Source: Turicibacter sp. TJ11 (GTDB taxonomy: Bacteria; Bacillota_I; Bacilli_A; MOL361; Turicibacteraceae). Taken from it: DNA of 32,000 nucleotides. A program made the position numbers and the translations under genes. The notes below the pieces were generated by a model, which worked only from the letters and a program-made list of their open reading frames with translations, searched no databases and was not told the origin of the DNA. Location of the stretch: NCBI RefSeq assembly GCF_021497505.1, contig NZ_CP069349.1, forward strand, positions 1,211,131 to 1,243,130, written 5' to 3'. Shown here in pieces: positions 18,106 through 25,440 of the stretch (position 1 is its first letter; every line of letters starts with the position of its first letter).

Positions 18106-18975
18106 TTAGTTATCTTCTGATGTTGGCTCTTCTTTTAAATAAGTCCATCCATCTTCTTGATACACTTTCCCTTCTTTCATTAAGCGTCCTAGTGCACGTT
18201 TAAATGAAGCTTTACTCATTTTAAAGACACGACGGATATCGTCTGGTTCTGATTTATCATAAAACGGCATCGCTCCACGACGACCCATTAAGTAGTCTAA
18301 AATAATATCTGAGTCTTCTACAATGGCGAATTCTTTTTGCGGAATTAACGACATATTGAACTCTCCATTTTCTTTCACGCGTACGACACGTCCTTCAACC
18401 ACTTCTCCTAAGCGAGGCTCTTCACGACGTTCACTTTCATGGATGAATCCCATATATCCTTCTTCCGTAATCACATTCGTTCCAATTTTACCTGTACGAA
18501 TGACGCGTGCTTTAACTGTTTTACCGTGTAATGATTGTGGCGCTTCTTCTTTTACTCCACCAAACTCTTGTGGGCGAGCTAAAATCGCAAAGAGGTAATT
18601 TGATTGAGATTCTTTTAAATAGCAATAAACATAATCTCCAACTTGTGGCCATAAAGATTTAAAAATTGGTAAATCTGATGGTGCAATTAAAATATTTTTA
18701 TTAATTCCAATGTCTACAAAGACACCTAAATCTTCACGAACATCTACCACTTCTGTCCAACCAAATTCGTCCGTTGTAACGACTGGTTCTTGCATCGTTG
18801 CAGTTAATCGTTTTTTTGCATCGTAATAAACGAAAACTTCAACTGTTTCTCCAATCTCAATTGGTCTTGTTATTTCTGCTTGATGTAAAAAGAACTCTTC
18901 ACCATCTAGCGTTAATGTATAGCCAAGTGGTGTTTGACGTTCCACTGTCATTTCATGAAATTTTCCTGCTAACAT
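18106..18975 (-). CDS. cvfB: S1 RNA-binding domain protein CvfB (YitL family)
   Basis: 289 aa. FIHESERREEPRLGEVVEGRV... and the C-terminal winged-helix-like MSKASFKRALGRLMKEGKV closely resemble CvfB/YitL as I remember it. Confidence 0.85.
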   Translation of the reverse strand: MLAGKFHEMTVERQTPLGYTLTLDGEEFFLHQAEITRPIEIGETVEVFVYYDAKKRLTATMQEPVVTTDEFGWTEVVDVREDLGVFVDIGINKNILIAPSDLPIFKSLWPQVGDYVYCYLKESQSNYLFAILARPQEFGGVKEEAPQSLHGKTVKARVIRTGKIGTNVITEEGYMGFIHESERREEPRLGEVVEGRVVRVKENGEFNMSLIPQKEFAIVEDSDIILDYLMGRRGAMPFYDKSEPDDIRRVFKMSKASFKRALGRLMKEGKVYQEDGWTYLKEEPTSEDN

Positions 18976-19006
18976 TTCATCACTTTCTTTCCTTTAAAGT
19001 CATTAT

Positions 19007-19015
19007 ATTATAACA
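19007..19015 (-). promoter_or_regulatory. Extended -10 promoter element TGTTATAAT upstream of cvfB
   Basis: Reverse complement of 19007-19015, about 30 nt upstream of the cvfB ATG. Confidence 0.5.
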
Positions 19016-19248
19016 CGCGCCAAAATTTGTGAAAAGTAGAAATTAACTTTTCGCTCCATTTAAAGGCAACGTCTAAAAGATTTCCTATCTTTTATTATCG
19101 ACGACGTTCATTCATTCAATTCGAAAGAATGATAATTTTTCATGATCCTCATCAAATTTTAAAAGCTGAGCTCGTCCTGAAGTCGTATATCACCAAATGT
19201 TATACACCTTAATCCTCTGATTAACGATAGATTTTTTAATATGAAAAA

Positions 19249-19286
19249 TGGATTGTCAACACTAAACTAAACAACTTTTTTAAGGG
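19249..19286. repeat. IS3 terminal inverted repeat (orfB-proximal end)
   Basis: TGGATTGTCAACACTAAACTAAACAACTTTTTTAAGGG, compared with the reverse complement of the other end, TGGATAGGTTACAATTAATTAGACAGTTTTTTTAAGGT. Confidence 0.65.
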
Positions 19287-20148
19287 TATTTTGACGATAT
19301 TCAACTGGGGATAAGTATCCCAGTGAAGAGTGAATCCGATGGTTATTATACCAGTTAACGTAATCGGCAAATTTATAGCCTAATTGTTCTTGTGTTTCAA
19401 ACCTTTGATTGTTTACAAATTCGGTTTTAATGACTTTATAAGTCGCTTCTGCGACAGCGTTATCATAAGGACAACCCTTCATGCTTAGAGATCGCTCAAT
19501 GTTAAACGTATCTAAAATCTCATCAATGATTTGATTCTTAAATTCATTTCCCCGATCTGTGTGGAAGATCTTGATTTGACTTAGGTTAGTTTTGACTGTA
19601 CAAAAAGCCTCCTTAACTAACTCTGCATCCTTATTGGGACCTGAACTATAACCAATAATTTCACGATTAAACAGGTCAACAAGCACACAAAGATAGTGCC
19701 AGCGATGACCAACTCTAACGTACGTTAAAGCACTGACAACTACGTTTAAATGAGGCTGTTCATCAAAGTTACGATCCACGATATTTTTGATCTTATCTTC
19801 GTTACATTTAGCTGGATGCGGTTTAAATTGAGCGACCGTATAATTTGAGACAAGACCAACTTGTTTCATGATACGACCGATGCGACGGCGTGAGACTTGT
19901 TGTCCCATCTTTTTCAATTCTTGCTTAATTTTTCGCGTCTACTGCCCATCAAAGGAGGATACCTTTCCTTCGGAAAGGACGGGGACCCTATAGTTATTTC
20001 GGCTTCGACGAAAAATCTCAACGATATCAGCCACTAGTTGAGACTCATCTTTGTTCGCTTTAGATTCATAATAGTAGGTACTACGAGGCACCTGAAGGAC
20101 TTTACACATCGCTGAAACTGAATATTTGTGAGTATTGTTTTTAATCAC
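19267..20148 (-). pseudogene. IS3 transposase orfB (DDE/RNase-H fold), disrupted
   Basis: It appears as two track ORFs (19939..20148 and 19267..19917) that are in the same frame. They are separated by one TAG inside a 51-nt insert. The first DDE aspartate position reads SALTY where IS3-family members have (G/T)D(I/V)TY. HTDRGNEF and AEAT..K.E motifs are retained. Confidence 0.8.
19939..19989 (-). other. 51-nt GC-rich in-frame insert with hairpin and TAG inside orfB
   Basis: Sense strand: AGGGTCCCCGTCCTTTCCGAAGGAAAGGTATCCTCCTTTGATGGGCAGTAG. GC is 28/51 in a roughly 35% GC context. CCTTTCC-GAA-GGAAAGG forms a 7-bp hairpin. It interrupts the conserved ...NNY|(G)TRKIKQEL... segment. Confidence 0.7.
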
Positions 20149-20150
20149 AT

Positions 20151-20447
<297 letters not shown>

Positions 20448-20489
20448 ATTAAAGCTCCTTTAGATTAATATAATTTATCATTTTACATG

Positions 20490-20527
20490 ACCTTAAAAAA
20501 ACTGTCTAATTAATTGTAACCTATCCA
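20490..20527. repeat. IS3 terminal inverted repeat (orfA-proximal end)
   Basis: Partner of 19249-19286. See the alignment in that entry. Confidence 0.65.
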
Positions 20528-20556
20528 AAATTAAGTCAAACGAATAAAATCCGATT

Positions 20557-20585
20557 AAAAAAGTCTTAGATTTCCCCCTAAGACT
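20557..20585 (-). terminator. Rho-independent terminator of the 156-aa orphan gene
   Basis: AGTCTTAG-ATTTCCCC-CTAAGACT forms the stem. A T-run follows on the minus strand. The IS end lies 30 bp further on. Confidence 0.7.
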
Positions 20586-20604
20586 TTTCTTTATGACTAA
20601 TGCG

Positions 20605-21075
20605 TTATGCTACTTTTTCTTCTGATTCGACGTGTTCCATAATAAAAAGTAAATCTGCTTCCATTCGTTTAAAACGTTGATGATAAGTAAGTAGTTTATC
20701 ATTTAAATCAACCATTAGACTTCTTAATTGTTGGATTAACAAAAACAATTGTTCATTCCCTCGTTGAAGCGGGAGTTCTTCTATTTGTGCCTCTAGTTCA
20801 TAAACTTTCGCTTCCCACTCCTTAACCGACATCGTTGATTGTTTTAAACTTTTTTGTGTATTTTCATGTAAGGTTTGTAGTTTTTTACTTAAAGAAGCTT
20901 CTAAATAATGTGTTTGTTCCCACTCTGAACCTAAAGCTAATAAGATCGAACGGATACGTAATAAATTTTTCAAATGTCTTGAAACATGATAGCTAGCAAA
21001 AAAACCTTCTTTATATAAAGCTTTTGCTAAAATAAGTTGTTTCTTATACGATTTGTTGATATTCATATTAGACAT
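20605..21075 (-). CDS. Hypothetical all-helical/coiled-coil protein (about 156 aa), no recognisable motif
   Basis: Start moved to ATG 21075 (MSNMNINK), with AAGGTGG 8 nt upstream. It has heptad-like stretches (VKEWEAKVYELEAQIEEL) and no TM segment. It has its own promoter and terminator. Confidence 0.6.
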   Translation of the reverse strand: MSNMNINKSYKKQLILAKALYKEGFFASYHVSRHLKNLLRIRSILLALGSEWEQTHYLEASLSKKLQTLHENTQKSLKQSTMSVKEWEAKVYELEAQIEELPLQRGNEQLFLLIQQLRSLMVDLNDKLLTYHQRFKRMEADLLFIMEHVESEEKVA

Positions 21076-21108
21076 TTCAATGACCACCTTTTACTAAAAT
21101 CCATTCGG

Positions 21109-21117
21109 ATTATATCA
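21109..21117 (-). promoter_or_regulatory. Extended -10 promoter element TGATATAAT upstream of the orphan gene
   Basis: Reverse complement of 21109-21117, about 35 nt upstream of ATG 21075. Confidence 0.45.
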
Positions 21118-21155
21118 TATTTTTAGTAAAAAATACACTATTTTACATCTTCATT

Positions 21156-21185
21156 AAAAAAGCTCATGAGCTGTCGCTCACGAGC
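21156..21185 (-). terminator. Rho-independent terminator of the TraX-family gene
   Basis: On the minus strand, GCTCGTGAGC-GACA-GCTCATGAGC forms a 10-bp stem with one G-U pair, followed by TTTTTT. It overlaps the stop codon by 1 nt. Confidence 0.8.
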
Positions 21186-22078
21186 TATAAAATATATTTT
21201 AAGACACTGACAATTAAACCTAACAAACATAAATGAATCGGATAAAATAAATAAAAAGCATATTTATTTAAAGTTGAATCTCCTTTTTCTCCATTGTATT
21301 TAACTAATGGCCAAAGAGCAATAACTGAAAATAATTGCGAAATACATTTTAAATAAACAAAGATCTGTAATAAAAGATTTTTAATTCCTGTCAATTGAAA
21401 ACCATAAGAATCATGAATTAATGATGAAACATAAGGCCACATGGCAATAGATGGACCATATAATAAAAGATTCAATAAAATCATCATCACGCATAAACGC
21501 ATTTTATTTTGATAAAAAAGATAAAAAATAAAGATCATTAAAACCCCATAAAAATCATAGTCCGTTCTTAAATTGACAGCCATTAAACTCATCGTTAGAA
21601 CGTACAATCCCGCAACAAAATTAAAACTATTAGCTTTAGCGATATTATCGTATCCCCAAATCGTTAATAATCCTAATGCTAATGTAAAGAAAACATTTTG
21701 ATGCGTAAACTCTAGCCACATTCCTGTATTTGCAAAATCAAAAAATGGTTCTGAAATTAATGCAAACACCGTCAACCGCAATAAGTAATTTGACTTATTT
21801 GACGTATGAAAATATCCATTAACGATTAAAAAAGCAAAGATAGGAAATGACACCCTCCCAATTAAGCGCATTAAAATCAGAATTCCTTCTAGCGAAATAA
21901 ATAAAGATAAATTTTGATTAGCTTGAGCAGAATCAATTAAACAGGGCATGATAATGGCCCCAATATGATCAATGAACATGGTGAGCAGTGCAATCAGTTT
22001 TAATTGTGTTGCATTTATTCCACTCTTCTCTTCCACTATTGTGTCTTGATTCACTTTAAGCTCATTTAAAGCTTCCAT
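21185..22078 (-). CDS. TraX-family integral membrane protein
   Basis: 297 aa, multi-pass hydrophobic. The N-terminal QLKLIALLTMFIDHIGAII resembles the TraX family signature (LK.iA...M..DH.g). Confidence 0.7.
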   Translation of the reverse strand: MEALNELKVNQDTIVEEKSGINATQLKLIALLTMFIDHIGAIIMPCLIDSAQANQNLSLFISLEGILILMRLIGRVSFPIFAFLIVNGYFHTSNKSNYLLRLTVFALISEPFFDFANTGMWLEFTHQNVFFTLALGLLTIWGYDNIAKANSFNFVAGLYVLTMSLMAVNLRTDYDFYGVLMIFIFYLFYQNKMRLCVMMILLNLLLYGPSIAMWPYVSSLIHDSYGFQLTGIKNLLLQIFVYLKCISQLFSVIALWPLVKYNGEKGDSTLNKYAFYLFYPIHLCLLGLIVSVLKYIL

Positions 22079-22108
22079 TCAAGCACCCCTCTTCCATATT
22101 TTTCTTAA

Positions 22109-22117
22109 ATTATAACA
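22109..22117 (-). promoter_or_regulatory. Extended -10 promoter element TGTTATAAT upstream of the TraX-family gene
   Basis: Reverse complement of 22109-22117, about 30 nt upstream of ATG 22078. Confidence 0.5.
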
Positions 22118-22144
22118 TGTCCCATTTGAAATAACTACTCTTTC

Positions 22145-22171
22145 AAAAAAGACAGTCAAAATTTGACTGTC
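22145..22171 (-). terminator. Rho-independent terminator of the flavodiiron gene
   Basis: GACAGTCAA-AAT-TTGACTGTC is a perfect 9-bp stem. TTTTTT follows on the minus strand. Confidence 0.8.
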
Positions 22172-22180
22172 TTCTCCCCC

Positions 22181-23419
22181 TTAGTCTAAGTCGCAAACTA
22201 AACATCCTTTAATTAGACTACGACCAATTGTTTTTCCAAGTTTTAAAACATCTGCTAACTTTTCTTCATCTGGTTTAAAGCATAACTTCACTGGTTCAAA
22301 CATTTTTAATTTTAATTGAGTTAAGCGAGCATGTACATTATCTACTGCTTCTCCACTCCATCCATATGATCCGAAGACTGCACCAAATTTTCCACCGTGA
22401 GTAATTGGATTTAAATTAGTTAATACATCCCATATGATTGGAACCGCATCTTTATTAATCGTTGTCGCCCCAATAGCAATCGCATCCGCTTGATATAAAT
22501 CTGCAAATAATTGATCTTTAACTTCTGGGAAACTCTTAATATCAAGATCGTATAAGCGAACTGTTACATTAGGATTTACCATTAAGATTCCTTCTTTAAC
22601 TGTTTCAGCCATCATTTTAGTGTATCCATAAGCTGATGTAAAAGGAATGACGACTAATTTTTCAGTTGAACATTCTTCTGTTGACCACTGTTTATAAACA
22701 TTTATAATTTCCTCAATACGTGTATCAAGAACCGGTCCGTGTCCTGGACAAATCATTTTAATATTTAATCCAGATAACGTTGAAATAGCTTTTAAGACAT
22801 ATGTTTTAAAAGGTGAAAAAATTGGATTATAGTAGTTTAATAAAGCATCCATATAATCTTCATTTTTCTCCTGTGGTAATTTTGACATTAAGACGTCATC
22901 AAACGCATAATGACTACCAAATGAATCACAAGTAAATAAAATTTCATCTTCTACTAAATAACTATAAATCGTATCTGGCCAATGTAAATTTGGTGCCGAA
23001 ATAAATTTTAAGGTACGTCCACCTAAATCTAATTCATCATTCATTTTAACAGCTTGTGATTTAAAATCAATATTGACAATGTTACGTAAATAACGAATCG
23101 CAACAGCAGATGCAATGACTGTAATATTTGGATTTAACTTAATTAATTTTTCAATTGATCCCGCATGATCAGGTTCCGTGTGATGAACAATAATGTAATC
23201 AATTTCATTTACAGAAACATGATTTTCAATTTTCTTTAAGTAATCCTCAAAATAAGGCGCTTTAACTGTATCAAATAAGGCAACTTTATTTTCACCTTTT
23301 ACAAAGTATGAATTATATGATGTTCCATATTTTGTTTCCATCACTACGTCAAAAACTTCAAGATCATGATCTTGAACCCCCAACCAGTAAACATTTTCAG
23401 CTAGCTTTAAACTCTCCAT
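22181..23419 (-). CDS. Class A flavodiiron protein (FprA-type; metallo-beta-lactamase-like plus flavodoxin domains)
   Basis: 412 aa. Diiron ligand motif HHTEPDH (H-x-E-x-D-H). C-terminal flavodoxin-like domain (VVIPFTSAYGYTKMMAE...GSYGWSGEA). Confidence 0.88.
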   Translation of the reverse strand: MESLKLAENVYWLGVQDHDLEVFDVVMETKYGTSYNSYFVKGENKVALFDTVKAPYFEDYLKKIENHVSVNEIDYIIVHHTEPDHAGSIEKLIKLNPNITVIASAVAIRYLRNIVNIDFKSQAVKMNDELDLGGRTLKFISAPNLHWPDTIYSYLVEDEILFTCDSFGSHYAFDDVLMSKLPQEKNEDYMDALLNYYNPIFSPFKTYVLKAISTLSGLNIKMICPGHGPVLDTRIEEIINVYKQWSTEECSTEKLVVIPFTSAYGYTKMMAETVKEGILMVNPNVTVRLYDLDIKSFPEVKDQLFADLYQADAIAIGATTINKDAVPIIWDVLTNLNPITHGGKFGAVFGSYGWSGEAVDNVHARLTQLKLKMFEPVKLCFKPDEEKLADVLKLGKTIGRSLIKGCLVCDLD

Positions 23420-23754
23420 TAACTGACCTCTCCTTTATAAAACGTAAAGTGCTTGATATAGATTTTTACGATTAAATTTTAACATACTATCCTTTTGTTT
23501 CCCACTAATATGCTTTTCATTTTAAACGTCAGTATGTTTTAAAATTGAACGTTTATAAAACACTAAAATCACTCTTTGAACCAATCAAAAAACCTACTTT
23601 TTATATGTATTCATCTAGCGACTCATTCATTCTATATAAAGGAAAATAAATCATCTTCTTCTCACGTTGATCATAAAAATCAATCATAATTGTTTTCAAC
23701 AAGATCCTCTCTATTACGTCCCCTCTTCTTATCCAATACTTTACTATTGAAATA

Positions 23755-23781
23755 TAAAAAAGCTAGGTAGGTAACCTAGCT
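23755..23781 (-). terminator. Rho-independent terminator of ppiB
   Basis: AGCTAGGT-AGGTA-ACCTAGCT forms an 8-bp stem flanked by A and T runs, 13 nt after the stop codon. Confidence 0.75.
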
Positions 23782-23793
23782 TTTTATATTTTT

Positions 23794-24351
23794 TTATAAT
23801 TTATTTGGTTCTTCGTAATCGATGCCTTTTGTATCAACTGTCACTGATTTCATCACTTGTCCAATCACTGGTTGATCTAAATGATTACATTCAACACTTG
23901 CAATCTCATCTACCACTTCAATTCCTTCAATGACTTTTCCAAAAGCAGCATAGCTTCCATCTAAATGTGATGAGTCTTTATGCATGATAAAGAATTGTGA
24001 TCCTGCTGAGTTAGGAACATTCGTACGGGCCATTGAAATGACACCACGTTCATGTTTCACTGGATTATCAAATCCATTTGATTTGAATTCTCCATAAATA
24101 CTGTATCCTGGTCCACCGATTCCTAATCCTTGTGGATCTCCACCTTGAATCATAAAGCTACGAATGACACGGTGGAAAATAACCCCGTTATAAAATCCTT
24201 TGTTTGCTAATGAAATAAAGTTACGTACTGATTGTGGAGCAACTTCTGGGTATAATTCAATTTTCATTACTCCGCCATTTTCCATTTCAATTGTTGCAAT
24301 TGGATTTGTGTCTTTTGAATATTCTGTTTGTCCAACATATTGTTTTGCCAT
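23794..24351 (-). CDS. ppiB: Cyclophilin-type peptidyl-prolyl cis-trans isomerase
   Basis: 185 aa. FHRVIRSFMIQGGDP and SQFFI cyclophilin motifs. RBS AGGAGG. It starts 26 nt after the fmt stop, so it is probably co-transcribed with fmt. Confidence 0.92.
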   Translation of the reverse strand: MAKQYVGQTEYSKDTNPIATIEMENGGVMKIELYPEVAPQSVRNFISLANKGFYNGVIFHRVIRSFMIQGGDPQGLGIGGPGYSIYGEFKSNGFDNPVKHERGVISMARTNVPNSAGSQFFIMHKDSSHLDGSYAAFGKVIEGIEVVDEIASVECNHLDQPVIGQVMKSVTVDTKGIDYEEPNKL

Positions 24352-24377
24352 CTTTTCATGCCTCCTATAATATCATA

Positions 24378-25310
24378 CTAGTTGAATTTCTTTCCAACTT
24401 CAATTGGATGTGAACCGTTTAAAAGGCTTGCAACATCCATACGTTTTTTACCTGAAATTTGAATATCAGTAATTTTAAGACCTGCATGATCACCACAAGC
24501 AACAACGATTCCGTCTTTCTCAACTTTTACAATCGTTCCTGGTTCAGCATCATATAAGTGATTGTTTGGTTCAGCCCACCAAATTTTTACTGATACATCA
24601 TCGAGTTGAGTGAATGCAACTGGCCAAGGATGAAGACCACGTACTTGATTATATAAAACATTAGCTGGTTTATACCAGTCGATACGTTCGTCTTCACGCT
24701 TAATGTTCCAAGCAAACGTTGCTTCCTCATGATTTTGTGGCGTTGCTTCGATTTCACCTGCTAATAATTTAGGTAATGTTTGAGCTAAAAGCTCTGCCCC
24801 TGCTAAACTTAACTTTTCAAACATACTTCCTGTATGATCCGTTTCTTCAATTGGGACAACTACTTTACTAATCATGTCACCTGTATCCATTTTAACGTCC
24901 ATATACATGATGGTTACGCCTGTTTCTTTTTCACCATCAATAATGGCTTTATGAATCGGTGCTCCACCACGATATTTTGGTAATAATGAAGCATGAACAT
25001 TAATACATCCAAACTTTGGTGCATCTAATAAAATTTTCGGGATAATTTGACCAAAAGCAGCTGTAATAATTAAATCTGGATTCCAATCTAAAACAGTTTG
25101 GTAATCTTCTTTGATTTTCTCAGGTTGAAAAACCGAAATATTGTATTCTAACGCTTTTTGTTTAACTGGTGTTGGTGTTAAAACTCGTTTACGTCCGACT
25201 GGACGATCGGGTTGTGTGACCACACCTACTACTTCATAACCTTCTTTAATAATTGTTTCTAAAACAGGAACTGAAAAGTCAGGAGTTCCCATAAATACAA
25301 CACGTGTCAT
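24378..25310 (-). CDS. fmt: Methionyl-tRNA formyltransferase
   Basis: 310 aa. N-terminal VVFMGTPDF, then HASLLPKYRGGAPI and a C-terminal OB-like domain. Confidence 0.95.
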   Translation of the reverse strand: MTRVVFMGTPDFSVPVLETIIKEGYEVVGVVTQPDRPVGRKRVLTPTPVKQKALEYNISVFQPEKIKEDYQTVLDWNPDLIITAAFGQIIPKILLDAPKFGCINVHASLLPKYRGGAPIHKAIIDGEKETGVTIMYMDVKMDTGDMISKVVVPIEETDHTGSMFEKLSLAGAELLAQTLPKLLAGEIEATPQNHEEATFAWNIKREDERIDWYKPANVLYNQVRGLHPWPVAFTQLDDVSVKIWWAEPNNHLYDAEPGTIVKVEKDGIVVACGDHAGLKITDIQISGKKRMDVASLLNGSHPIEVGKKFN

Positions 25311-25440
25311 GTTGTCCCTCCTCTTTGGTCGCTCAAATTATATGCAAAATAACATAGGAGCTTAAACGATAAATCTAGACTCTAATTATTATTACCACAT
25401 CTATCGACATTTTACTACTATCTTTCATAAGTTTTTTAAA

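Noticed and set aside
19018-19248. Possible gene remnant or sORF in the 230-nt gap between the cvfB promoter and the IS end.
   Set aside because: Only ORFs of 14-27 codons without RBSs are present, and none has a recognisable motif. I treat the gap as non-coding DNA.
19945-19975. Resemblance of part of the insert (CCGAAGGAAAGGTATCCTCCTTTGAT) to the 16S rRNA 3' end / anti-SD region, and an AAAGGAGGA SD-like word on the opposite strand.
   Set aside because: The similarity is short and patchy. No start codon follows the SD-like word within a usable distance. It is likely coincidental.
19939-19989. Programmed translational bypass (T4 gene 60-like hop) or TAG read-through restoring a full-length IS3 OrfB.
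   Set aside because: I could not find matched take-off and landing codons, or a stop immediately after a take-off codon. The same copy also has the DDE Asp-to-Ala change. Decay is the simpler explanation. The idea is kept only as a low-probability alternative in the finding.
23601-23699. Small ORF (MIDFYDQREKKMIYFPLYRMNESLDEYI, optionally extended from a TTG) upstream of the flavodiiron gene.
   Set aside because: There is no RBS for the ATG and only a marginal one for the TTG. It has no recognisable family and no terminator of its own. Coding cannot be separated from chance at this length.
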